Source: Felis catus
Taxonomy: Eukaryota
Reading direction: 5' to 3'
DNA length: 64,000 bases
Assembly (NCBI RefSeq): GCF_018350175.1
Contig: NC_058368.1
Span: forward strand, 16,556,001-16,620,000
The position numbers and the translations under genes were made by a program. Shown in pieces: positions 13,465 through 26,575 of this stretch; within the stretch, counting starts at the first letter, position 1; each line of letters begins with the position of its first letter. Below the pieces are notes generated by a model, which ran no database searches, had not been told where the DNA came from, and was given only the letters and a program-made list of their open reading frames with translations.

Positions 13465-13639
13465 ATAGGCCCAAAACTCCAGGACTCTTTTGCAGTTGCT
13501 GATTCAATTCCTATATGGGTAAAATTATACATCTATACTATGCTGTGAGTATAGTTTCTTTCTTTTAAACATTTTGACTAAACTTTTCACCAGTGAAGTC
13601 AAAATATAAAAGACTTGTGTCTCTAACTGTGATGGGATG

Positions 13640-15240
13640 GCAAGCAGTGGATTAGCATTTCTTCTGATACCATTTAGAAAAGCTGGGTAAATACAAAGAC
13701 ACAAATAAACAAACCTCTGTCTGCAGGCCTAACTAGGACTTGAGGAGCCAAGATCCCAGAGCAAGAGAAACCACAGAGAGGTGAGTTGACCTTCCACAAA
13801 CCATATTTCCCCTCAAAGCATTTGCCCAGGCAGCCAGAGTACAAGGTGCCTATGTCCCGGCAAAAAGGAAGACAGATGGAAGTGAGCGTCATGTTCGGTA
13901 ACTCTTCTCAAGGCATTCATTCAAATGTTAAGCGTCGTAAGAAAATAAGTACTACATTTATCTGAAAGCTGCTGAAAATTAGAGCAAAGTATTCATCAAT
14001 TTCACAAAAATTCAAAGGCAAAATTCATATTTTGGAACCTGAAATGAGAAGTAGTTTTATTAAATAGCCAAGGTTCTCAGACCCTGGGGCCCTATAACAC
14101 ATTGTTGGGGTCAAACAGGGACTCATAGAGTCTTGCAAAGTCTGAAAATTAGCCTCTAATCTGCTCAGCTTGTGATTTGATTAAGATGTCTAATCCTAGG
14201 TGCCTGCCAGAGGTTAGGGTATATCCTCTTTGAGAGAGGCAAAGCTTTGGATGGCAAAGTTTCTATAATTTTTTTCTATAATTTTTGAGACACATTTTCC
14301 ACTTCTATATAAAAAAAACTGTGAAGCATCCTAGTAAAAAATTAAGAGAAACAGACCAACACATAGCCTTGTTATTGGCATTATTAGCCTCAGAATTTAA
14401 ACTAAATGTGTTCTTTAACAATATTCAGGAGTGATATAGAAAAGTGGAAAGTTTTTTGAGGGATCTAAAATCTGTAAAAAAAAGAATCAAATTGAAATAC
14501 TGAAAGTGAAAAATGCAATAATTGAAATTAATAATTTAATTAATGAGTTTAACAACAGATCGGAGATAATAAAAACAAAAAAGAGGATTCGTGGATAGGA
14601 AAATAAGGCTATATAAAATACCCAGTTTATAGCACAGAAAGCAAAAATGGATGGAAAACACATTATAAGAAGAACTAAAAGACTGCTAGCTAGATGACAG
14701 AGTAAAAAGGTAAAACCGTGTAATTGGAGGCCTTAAGGGAGAAGAAAGGAAAGTGCAAAACTATATCTGAAGTGATAACGACTAAGAATTTTCCAATACT
14801 GATGAAAGATATAAAGCCATTTAAGAGAAATGCTCCAAATGTCAAGCAGTGGAAATCCAAAGAGTTCGTATAAGTACATTATTGTAAAACTACAAAAACA
14901 GAAGCCTAAGTGAAAACTTAAAAGCAGTGAAAATAAAGAACACTGTTCTCAGTTTTCTGACTTCTCAGAAACGATGGCTGACTTCTCAACAGAAACGATG
15001 GAAGTCAAAAGTCAATTGGGTGGCATATTTAAAATACCAAAAGAAAATAATTTCCAATCTAGAATACTCTGACAAATGAAAATAGCTTTAAAAGTGAGGT
15101 GAAAATGAAAACGCGTTCAACCAAACAAAAACTGAAAAAATTCACTGCCACCATATCCATGCTAAACATGCTAATGAGAACTCGTGGTTGCTGTAGAAGA
15201 ATGAGATCACAAGAAGGAACAGAGGGCATCTAAAAGTAGC
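13640..15240 (+). mobile_element. Ancient L1M 5' region and ORF1 remnant
   Basis: About 14980-15070 translates DFSTETMEVKSQLGGIFKIPKENNFQSRIL, matching the L1 ORF1p C-terminal motif DFSxETxxARxxWxxIFKxLKExNxQPRI; the left boundary is uncertain. Confidence 0.78.
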
Positions 15241-15642
15241 AGGTATGGTATATGCAACTACAAAAAGAAAAAGGGAAACTAAAATATAAAATAAAACGGA
15301 TTTATAATTGTTCTTCAAAAGAATAGAAAATTCAATTTATCCAGCTCAGCCTGTCCAGCCCGGAAATGCATGTGTCTCAGTATGTGTAAAATTTTATTTT
15401 TTTTAAAATAAATACACCATCCCTCAAATTTATTTCAACATGCTCTAGGGTAAGAAATAAAGAGAATATTAGTTCATCAAAAGTCAGGTAAATATTTTGT
15501 AGTGCTTGGCCTTACATTTCAAATAATTTACAAATGTTTTCAAAGTACTGCTAAAAAATTTAGGAAAATAAACTAAAAGTATTTGTCACAGGAATTAAAA
15601 TTAAAATCCTATATACATATTTTAAATAAATGATTAGCTACT

Positions 15643-15845
15643 GGGGCACCTGGGTGGCTCAGTTGGTTAAACGTTCAAGTACTGATTTCCACTCAGGTCA
15701 TGGTCTCACCGTTTGTAAGATTGAGCCCCAAATGGGCTCTGCACTGACTGTGTGGAGCCTGCGTGCAATTCTGTCTCCCTCTCTCTCTTCCCCTCTTGCT
15801 GGTGCTCTCTCTCTTTTTCTCCAAATAAATAAAAAATTAAAAAAA
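15643..15845 (+). mobile_element. Can-SINE
   Basis: GGGGCACCTGGGTGGCTCAG head; TSD AAATGATTAGCTA at 15628-15640 and 15846-15858. Confidence 0.96.
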
Positions 15846-18800
15846 AAATGATTAGCTATGATTAACAAATCAGTAACATGTCTTAAGTATTTTGCTGTTT
15901 TAGACAAGACATTTGAAAATAGTCATATAGTAAATATTTTTAATATTTATTCTTATGATTATAGTGAGCATTCCTCTTAATGTAAAACACAAAAATGGCT
16001 AAAAATACCCAGCACCACCTATGTAATGATTTTCTCCTTAAAACAGAGCAGAGAATACAATTACTCATTTTTATTAAACACAGTAGATTAAATCCCACCC
16101 CTATGGATCAAGGGAGAATGTGACAATATGAAATCTCCTTCCTTCAAATCTTTTGCTTGAATCTCTCTTGATATTAAATTTTCTTAAATATATTAGGAAG
16201 AAACTTCTATCTCTAACTTAAATAAAAAGAAAAAAACTATTAATGGCATTTTTTCATAAGTCATAATTCAACCACGAAAAGGATCTTACCACAATTTTGT
16301 AAATGTTCAGAAAAATAAATGTACATTGTACTTGCCAACTACATATGGAGGCACCCTGGTCTGTTTGAGGCAGCAGGGGATGTGAATTTATATGTAGTAA
16401 CTCCTGTCACAAGCCTCCTGTCCATGAGGGTGCAGTCTCAAACAAGATGCCTGTCTGTGGGGAGAGGGTTGATGGAGGGCAAACAGTAAGTATTATTGAA
16501 TGTTGCACTGGAATTGAACCAAATGGTATATGAAACCTTTTGATGGACTTGTATATCCATTTCATTTTGATTAAAATAATAAAAATAAAATCTGGTAGAC
16601 CCTAAAACACTTCTAAAATGCATTGAGTACCCATGCGTGTTATGAGATGCTGAAGATTCTCTTGAATTACGTTAAATATTTCACACACAATTCTTGTATA
16701 TTTTTATAGATGAGATTTTACTTTGAATCTTAAGACCAGGAGCATTGTAAGGATGTAGTTCTGCTTTCAAATAACTTCCTTTAAGTAAACTGAAATGAAT
16801 CAAAATTATATGTTTCAAATCGATCTACATTATTCAACAATGGGTTTTTTCAAATACTCAATTTGTTTACATTTTCTTAATCAGATTGACCTCTGCCTCT
16901 ATATTTACTTCATAAATATCTATGTTATAAAAAAAAATCAGAAGCTAAAAAAATGAAATCAGAGGCTAAAGTATCATGGCGTGAAACAGGTCTGCATTTT
17001 GTTCCCCAAAATTATTACTATTAACTATTAATCTAAAAAGGGGCATTTTCCAATATTTAATTGTACCCAATCTTTCAATCACAGAGTGTAACAACCAGTA
17101 AGAAAGTATGTAAGTATATGAGAAAGTTTTGCTTTGAATTCTGCTTTTGTTGGTTCACTGCTAAGTACAACAGAATAGAAATAAGCTTTTATTCTTCAGG
17201 GTAAAGTTGTTGATATTTTATATGTTGGAAAAATTTCTTTATCATAAGCACTACTATAATGAAATGTTTTTTCATTAAACCTTCTTTTATTCATGAAAGG
17301 GCAAAATCATTTGCTGGTTCACTTTGTCCAAGAACGTGCTGGAGTGGTAAATGAGAATATGTCGTTCAGCTTTCTAAGTAGCTTGCACATTACAAATCAA
17401 AATGTTAAGCTGTGAGGTTAAAATGAACTAGATAAGCAAATAAGTCTTTTCCCTTTGCCAACACTTTCTTTTTATTCAGCACATACATAGAGGCATATCT
17501 TATTTTTTAAGATACAAAGCTATTTAACATCCTACAGAACAATAATAACCCTGAAATTTGAGTGTTCTTTAGAAATATTTCTTTCTCCTTCATTGTAGAG
17601 GTTCTCAGAGGCTTAGAGGTAGGCATTCTGATTATTTCACATGATGACTCTCAGAAAGCAAAAATTCTGGCAAAGAGTGGGTAGTCCTAGGAATGTAGGT
17701 CACAAGAAAATGTTTTTAAAAAAGATTAATGTAGCTAGTTCAGTCCCTTTCTCTGTTCCAAATATTTAAAACCATGTAAAAGATGGTCTCTTTCTCAGTT
17801 TTTAATACATTCTCAGCTATAGACAGAGGAGCTTGCTAGGAAACACCAACAGTGGATACTGAGAACTTCTAGATGACTCTAGAATGGATCCACCATTTCA
17901 AGAATATCCTGAGTCAAGATCTTTTATGTATCAAGGTAAAAGGTAGGGCTGAGGATCCAACTAACTATATCCCTACCTCTAAAACAGACTTCTCCTCTTA
18001 GGTTTGCTTCATTGACTCCAAAGGGGGTTGGGTAATATGTATGGCCATAAATCCATCAAGACTTTGGAAAACAACTGATCTCATAAATTACATAGTTTTT
18101 GAATAGTAATTTAGTAGTACCTACATATAACAGGAAAGCACCATCTTAAATAGTGCCAGTCTTTAACATAAATTTATACATGGAAATTTAATGTAGATTC
18201 ATAGCTGAAAGACCCAGGTCCCATTCTTAAAGGAAACAGTAGTTTGAGGCAGGGAGGATGTATTTGAATTTCTTCCAAAGTGACCCAGTGTTTTTTTTTT
18301 TAATTTTTAATTTCAAATATAGATTAAATTTGTTTCAGTATGATTTGTAGTTCCTGAGTGAGTCCTTTATTCCCATAAGAAAATGGCAGGAGACAATAAA
18401 ACAGCACAATGTCTCTAAGATAATATGGGACACTGGAATATGATAATGAAGTTCATGAGAATCCTTGGTTTGAGATCTTAAAGAAAAAGGAAAATATCTG
18501 TCTCTGTATTTTCAGCATCTTGAATAGTGATTTTCATGCATTAAATAAACCCTCAATAAAACATCCTATATTTGTGTATATTTAATTTTACATATGTATA
18601 TAGTATATTATAAAAAATCATTTAGTAAGGTTTGAAAGTCTTGCTTTAAAAAAGACTTAGATGACCTAGATCATTCATTACACATCTCACCATTCTAAAG
18701 GGACACTGCTATTGGCAAACAAGTTCTCTTGTTTTTTATGGGCTACTCTGTACTCTGCTAACAAATTATATCTCACTATCTCTGATAATTGCTCTACGGG

Positions 18801-19611
18801 CATTATCTTAAGAGTTATCACCCAGAAGCAGTCCCTCACTCTTTTTGTTACTTACACAGATCTCTCTCTCTCTCTCTCACTCTCTCTCCCTCCTTATTTA
18901 AATAATTTAAATTTTATAATTTATATTTAATTAATGAATTAAACACAGATTTTTAATGCTGGTATATGCTTAAATGCAGATATAGACATGTATCACTCTA
19001 GATGCAATTAAACAAGACCCAATAACTATGCTTGTCACAGTACAACTATCACAGAAGAGAATTCACTTCCATGTAGTCTTCGATGTGGTTCAGGATATGC
19101 AGCTTCCTCCCACCCAGCGTGAATGTGATCTCTACAGAAAACGATACCTATGCTGTCACAAATGATGGGGATGATCATAGATAAACCACAATGCATTCTC
19201 CATTCTTCACTCAATGTAGGTATCATGCCTGCCCTCTCATCCCTCCATTGTGGTTTTGGGGACTCATAATGGTGTGTAACCAGTTACTAGAAAGAGCACC
19301 ATATTGAAATACAGAGGTTGAACATAGCTGCTGGCAACAGACCAATCATCCATGCATTCATTGACTCTGTTCATCTATTCAAAGAGCATATACTGAACAC
19401 TAATTATACTAATTCAGTGAAAATGAAAATTACAATGCATTATGCTATGGACTATAATCCTGGTAGGCACAGGATTCTAGCTTATATAGTTGTGTAGTTT
19501 CCCGACTATCATTTAGAGGTAAAATACAAGAAAAATGTCTCAGAGTATCTGAACACTTTTCATAAACCTTGATTTGTAACAATCTTATTCTCAGTGAAGT
19601 AGAATGAAAAG

Positions 19612-19613
<2 letters not shown>

Positions 19614-19658
<45 letters not shown>
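19614..19658. repeat. (AC)n microsatellite, about 22 units
   Basis: Read directly. Confidence 0.97.
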
Positions 19659-19660
<2 letters not shown>

Positions 19661-21214
19661 GCAAGAAGCTCCTGCCACTCACAATTGGGCATCACGTACT
19701 TATCAAGTTTTTGACGTGAAGTCTCAACTTGATTTGCCTAATATAATCACTCCAGAGAAGTCTCTGGCTTTCTTTAGTTCAGTAGGTATTCCTGAGAAAT
19801 ACTTTCAACTTCAACCATACTTCCTACAGCATCATGGAACAAAAACTTTCCCTTAAGAATTGCGGCACAGTGCCACTTTAAACTAAAACACACTAATATA
19901 ATGGGTTACATAAATCCTGTGAAAATGAGCATTATGGAGTAACTATTTGACCCGGAACTTATATCCACTGAATAACAGTGAATTTGTTTTTTTTGTAACA
20001 TAGGTATAATATGGTACTCCATGTATCAGACAAGTGCAATGTCATTATTATAACTGGCATCATTCGATAAACAAATATGCTCAAAATATGAACCAACTAT
20101 GGTATTATGAAACTGTGAAATAAGTTAATTATGCTCAATTACAAAAGCATTATACTTATGACCACCTAATTCAGTGAAAAACACACATTTTTTTGAGCAT
20201 CTTCTGAGTTTCTTAAAGGAGTTTACTGTCTACTTCAGGAGACAGACCTCTACCCACCTGCAAGTCAGAATATAGCAAGAACTTTGCTTGTATTTATACT
20301 GGCAACACCTGGAGACAGGAAGGAAACTTTCAAGGAGACAGTAATAGTGAACTAGACTCGAGGCTTGGAAAACATTTTGACAGGAGACACTAAGGGAAAA
20401 TTTATTATATACAGAGGGAGTTTTGCCAGAAAATGGAAAGATGAAGAGCTTATTCATCTCAATATTCAATTATTCACTAATATTCAACAAATATCTATTG
20501 AATGGATACCACTTCAAAGTCAATTTTTGTAATAGTATTACACATATTCAAGATAGGCCTTTAGACATCATCACATAGGTTTTTACTGCAGGTATATCTT
20601 TGAAAAAAAAATGTGGCAAATTTCTTAAAATGTGTTACCAGCTGATAGATGTCTTCTGGGATGTATAAATGAGAGCTCCTCTGATTAAATACCAAGGGGT
20701 GATAAAAACAAGGAAGCAATTAAAATTTCAGAAAAAATTAAGACCAAAACACTTGTCTAGAAATTTCATGCAGCATCGGTAAAATGCAATATAAACCTAA
20801 CATGTCTTAACATGATTGTATTTTCTATAAACAAAGATGTTTTATTAGTCTAGAGATGTGAATGAGAACTTTTTATTTAGAAATTGTAATCTAAGGACCC
20901 TTTAAAGGAAAAAATTATAACTTTAAAATTTATCCATTAAAATAACCCTTTTATTCTTTCCATATATCATATTTATATTCAAGAATAAGAAAGGAAATAA
21001 TTTTGAGAATACCTGCTTGATGTGAGTGGCTCATCTCGTGCTCTGCTTCAAAACTGTTACAGCAACTCATAATGGGGGTGTTTATGTCCGAATATTAAAA
21101 CATTTGAAAACTTAAAGAACTAATTAGTCGTAAGAATACCGCGAAGTTATGAATCTTGTTAAGAGATTGCTAATTTTATTTTAAAAACCGTAAGAATTAA
21201 GTTAAAAGAGTGTC

Positions 21215-21425
21215 ACTTTTAGAATCAAGTAGACAAGGATTCAAATCCTGACTCTGTCATGAAGCAGCTTTGTGATTTTTTTTAGAGATTTAGTCTTCTC
21301 AACTTCTTCAAAAGGTGGTAATAATACTTCAGCTTTAAGGTAGATGTAAAGATAAACATGAGAAAAAGTGTTTTTTTTTGAGTTCCTAGAATAGTGCCTG
21401 TCATACATTAAGTACCCATAAATAC
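21215..21425 (+). mobile_element. MIR
   Basis: TTTAGAATCAAGTAGACAAGGATTCAAATCCTGACTCTGTCA... AGAATAGTGCCTGTCATACATTAAGTACCCATAAATA. Confidence 0.72.
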
Positions 21426-24400
21426 TGGCCCTCTCTCTTTTTCCTCCTTACCTTTGTTTGTAAAAGTTCCCGTTTTCTGTCTTAAGTAAGTTTTAAATTT
21501 TGATGAAATGTGTTCAAGGAAATTGCTTATGTTGACTTTTCCAACATATTTAAAAAATATAATAGTAAACTACAGGCAGAATATAATGAATGCATATCTG
21601 ATTTATTTCATTGCACTTGTCATTTCTCCAAAAGAATGCAGTGTGCTAGATAAAGCTATCCAGGCATATTTTTAAATTAACGTTTTAATTAACATTTCTA
21701 ATTGTATGTGTAAAAGTTTGCCCATGTGTCATCGTCAGCTCCTCAAGAAGCCATTACTCTATGACACTGCTGTATTTTCAAAGGATACCTGTTTTAAAAG
21801 GAGACAAACATACCCTAATATTAATGGGATATCATCTATAGTTTAGTTACAAGAGCAGATCAAGTACTGAAACAGTTGTCTCTTTTATCGTATCCTATTT
21901 AAATGAAACTGAACTTTCAGAAGAATCACTGAGATTTTTAAGAATTTTAAACAGATCACTTCATTTCCCAGAGAGTTTGGAGAACAACGTAGTTTTAAAT
22001 TGGTACATTTTCAAAGCGTGTGTGTTTAATTTTCATTTTCGCGAACGAATGGCTTCTTTTTCTAAATGTATTTTTTCATCATAGAGTGGTTTTGGCAGTA
22101 CTAATGTTCACAGGGATCAGGTCTATATTTGTGCTGATTAAAAAGATAGAGCCATGATATTATATCCCTGATCAAAATATTCTCAAATCTCTCAACATAG
22201 TGAGATCGCACTGCATCTGGGAGGATTAGAAGTCAAAATCATAAGGACAGGAAAGAGTTCTGAAGCAATCTTTCATCACCACTAGAAAGAAGCAACTGGC
22301 CACTGGAAGCAGGGTTGAACTCACCAGTTATAATGTGAATTTGGGGTGGGGAAGTGATGGGCACAAGTTAGGTGAAAACACAAGGTTTTCATTTTGAGCT
22401 GTCTCCTCAATCTCATTTTCAATGACAACTAATATGCTTATGGAAGGTTTTCCATAGATATTAAGAAAGCAAAGAGCATTGGCTTCAATTTAGTCTAGTC
22501 AATACAGTGCACAAAGTAAAGATGCACATTAGAATCCAATCTCATAAAACGTTTGGCAATAATGATTTTGGGAAAGAAAAATGCAATCGTTTATTATATT
22601 TCTCATCATCTAGCTTGTCTGAAAAAGTGAAAGACTCAGCGTTTCCTAAGAAAATACTCAGTCCACAGTTTTACTGTCCTAGCTAGACTGTTCAGCAATT
22701 TTTGTATATCTATCCTCATTTACAAAATCTTTTATGTCTTTGAGCACTGATATTCACAATTTTAACTACTGAACAAAAGTGTGCATATCTTCACTTTTGT
22801 TACAAAATATGAATTAATTAGAAAAGATAGATTATTTCAGTTTTTAGCTGCTAAATGTAATGTTGATAATCTGAATTGCCACAAAGTATCCTGGCGGTTA
22901 AACATGCAGTTATAAAAATATGCCAGTATTCTCAACAACATATTTATAAAAATATTTTTAATGCGGTGGGGTTAATCAGCATATTCTAAAGGCTATGATT
23001 ATACTTCAATAGAAATTTATCATGCTTATAATAGGCTTTAAGTTTAAAAGTTTAAAATGTGTGTCCAGGACAAGATATACAAGATATTTGAATTTTTCCT
23101 ATCCTAATCAGAAAGAATAATAGAAATGTTTTTGATATTTCCTATTTATGTAAGGTATGAGTTAATTAAGGTTATCTTATACGAAAAGTTGTTTGGTCTC
23201 TTACCATTTCAATAATCAAAGTGGCCATAAAATTCATGTAGAACTTTAATTTTCGCTTAGTTTTTTCTGTGCATTTTAATCTGACCTTCTGGGAATAACT
23301 TCAACAGAAAAATAACATAAAAATTACAAAATTGTAAAACTTATAAATAATGGAAATCTAATTTACCTTTTATAAATCCTTGAGAACAACCATTAAGCAA
23401 GTAAATGGAAACTTATTTTTCAAACTCAGAGATTTTTAGAAACATTGTTAATGTTCAAAAGGTTTTACTAAAGAGACGTTTCTTCTGTACAGCTTACTTT
23501 CTGCTTTGATGAATGCTCGTGTCTTTAAGTTCTTAAGAGGAAGAACTTTTCTAAATCTGCAATTACAAATCTCACCCTGCCTTATTTGAACTATCTATTG
23601 ATGTAATGATATATTTATTATATTTATTCACTCCAATACTAAGCACCTCTTAATGTATCAGTCTCATCAACCTGTTAGCGTTTCTCTTTGAAGGTAACTT
23701 TCTTGGCATAAATCTTTCAGCTCTTCACTCCACAACAGCAAGTTTGGCAGAAGAGCTGAGCTCTGATCAGAGCTCTATTGAAAGACTCTCCACGTCTATG
23801 GTTTCTTATTCGTAGGCAATGTACGTGCTTTCTTTTTTTCTACCCGCACTAACCTTTATTAATACAAATCATCTGCATAAAATACTTTGATAAAGTGCAT
23901 TTAACTGATGTGCTCATTTGCCTTAACTGCATTAATTCACAAATATAGTTTTTAAAGTGCTTCTTTAACAATGTCTTACCTGAATTTTGATTCTAATATC
24001 TAAGTGTTAGTTATCCCTGTATCTTGAATCTTTGTCATAAATACTTAAGGGGAAACATTTCCTGGTATGCTGTCCAGGTGAATAGAAGTAGGTATTGCAA
24101 TGTCAGTTTAAACAGCAAACCATAACACAGAGACGTCGCTTTCAATGTTTTAACATATCCACCCACACTTTCTTACTCTCATTGTCTAATTCACAGTTTT
24201 ACTTAAAAAAAAAACCCTCTAGTTAACCATTTTTCTTAAAGAATTTGTAGTATGTTCTGTTGTGATTACTATGATCGAAAAGCCAGAAATTATATGAGAC
24301 CGGAAAGATTTTTTTTTTTCAGTTTACAAGTCTGTTCTAAATTTATTTTTAATAAAACAAGTAAGCCTTGCTTCTGCCTCCTCCCACTCCTTTGGCTTGG

Positions 24401-26415
24401 TGCTTACTCGGTAAGCAGTAAGCAACCTGCTGCATTTATAGCTGTGGAATTTAACTGGGAAGGGTCTCCCTAAGAAACCATGTGAACAAGGACGCATCAT
24501 AGTGGATGCAACATAGTGAATACAGACAGAGCTCCTTTTTTTCAGTCTCTCCCAAACCCTTCATCCCTTGCTAGTATTCTCTAGTTTCTAGTCACAAAAG
24601 GCAGCTGAGTTCACAGCTGGAACAACAAGTTGTGCTACGAATCTCAGTGATTTACCCAAGTAGCAAACAGGGTCATTGGCTTAATTGGAATTTCAGTTGC
24701 CAAGCGAAATAGGAATGCTTAGCCTTGGTCCAGCCACACTGGTAAAAGTGTTTCTGTTTCTTGATAGGGAATGAAAATGACGCAGAGTGTAATTGATCGA
24801 CAGGATATCGATCACTTTCCTTTCTACATCCCCCCAGTTTGGGTGCCAGCGAGTCTAGGGCTCACTTCTATACGCCCAGGGGCCACCAAGATCTCCATTT
24901 TCCTCAAACGCATAAAAGGCTAAAAACAGCCTTCCTCCCCAGCACCATGGCGTGGCTGCGGCCGCTTTGTTTACCATATAAGTCACATCAGGGGTTCACT
25001 CCTCGTCTTCTCCCCTGCTTTAAAGCTGGGTGCCGGGAGAGGCAGAGAAGCATCCCCAAACTCCCGCTCAGCCCAGGTCAACCACAGAAAGCTTCACAAA
25101 CCCGGTCTGGAGCCTTAAAGAGAAACCACGCAGCGGGAGCCTTTTGAACTCATAACCCCCCCCCCCCCCCCAGGGATGTCCGCCTCCCAAGAGGGAGCCG
25201 GCTTCCCAGGCAGCTTGAGAAACTTAACTGAGATCCCAGAAAGGAGGAGAGGTGCAGCTCCGGTCAAATGGAGCTCTGAGGCGACACCCTCTTTACCTGC
25301 AAAGTTGGCAGTCTTCTGGCTGAAGAGCGATCGATCCAAGGACATGCGGTGCGGGTGCTATGCCCAGGGAGAGCACGCCCGGCCAAATCCAATGGGATTT
25401 CCTTAGTCGCTGCCGAGTTTTGGAGCATTCCAAGGAAAACGCACGAAGCTAGAGCCCACGCAGCTGGCACCGAACTGGGCGGAGTGAGGATGCTCTGAGA
25501 GCGGTGCCATGGGAGGCGGGGGAGGGGCGGCCCCGGAGGGGGAGGTGAGCTCCAGGGGAGGAGAACTTCGCCCACCCCCGCCCCCACCGATCCCTGGGGA
25601 CGAAGTTAGCGTTCCCACGGCTGACGGCGGACGAGCCCCGAGGAAGATAACCCCGCCCTCCGTCCCGGGCGGTTGCCTGACTCAGGGTCCGCACAAACCC
25701 TGCTCGGTAGGGACAGCCGGTGAAGATGCGCGTCCCACGCACCGCTCCGTGTGGCCGTGGAGGGGACCCGCGCGCGGGCGGGCGCTGACGCTGGGTCCCC
25801 GGCTCCGCTGCCCCCCCCCACCCAGCCCCCCAAACGACCGCCGCCTCCCTGGGCCAACTCCTTGAGGTCAGCCAGGGCAGGCGGACTCCCCAGAAGCCAG
25901 CCGTCATCCAGAGAAGCCGGTGGCCAGAAGCCGCCTGAGGTCCTGGGTGCGGGCCAGACACACCTCCAGGCTTTGGGCGGGCTCTGCAGGGCTGCCGGAC
26001 TCCAGTTCGCGCCAGGACCCGGCTCCTGGACGCTCGGCTCCCAAGCCGGTAAACCAGCACCCCGGCGGCAGGTCGCCAGACTTGAGGAAAGTAACCCCCA
26101 CTCCCACCCCCACCCGGGAACTCTCAAAGCTTCTCCCACTCCGGCTCCTCTGGGCTCCCGGCACCCCCACTCCCGTCCTCAAGGTGTCAGACTTCCCCTG
26201 CAAGAGCAGGAGGATGCGGCTTGCGACTAGTGTCAAGGATCCAGACAGTCGCAAGGAATAAATGACGAGGCGCAGCGTTGCATCCACCCCCACCCAGCTC
26301 GGGCTTTCCAACAGGCATAGGAGATCAGTAAGTTTCCAAATACTGAATAAAACCCCAAACACGTACCAGCCCAGGAGCGCGAGGTTCGGTGGCTTCAGGT
26401 GGAGAGAGTGTGAGC

Positions 26416-26438
26416 GTGTGTGTGTGTGTGTGTGTGTG
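26416..26438. repeat. (GT)n microsatellite inside the CpG island
   Basis: Read directly. Confidence 0.95.
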
Positions 26439-26566
26439 ATGCTCGCATCAGCGCACTGAGGTTTCAGGATGTAAGTTATCTCCTGGCCAATCTCTTTGGT
26501 GTTCACGCACTAAAATAAGACCAAAGCGCTGCGAGGAAATGCCATATACTGGCGAAGTTGGCAGTA

Positions 26567-26575
26567 ACTTACTTG
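26567..26575 (-). other. Candidate 5' splice donor CAA|GTAAGT of a minus-strand first exon
   Basis: ACTTACTTG on the + strand within the CpG island; motif match only. Confidence 0.4.

Noticed and set aside
21012..21800. Isolated minus-strand splice-like sites (donor near 21012, acceptor near 21799)
   Set aside because: No matching partner sites giving a credible exon or recognisable peptide; such motifs are frequent by chance.
24939..24958. Possible REST/NRSE site CAGCACCATGG
   Set aside because: Only the left half matches; the ACAG right half is missing.
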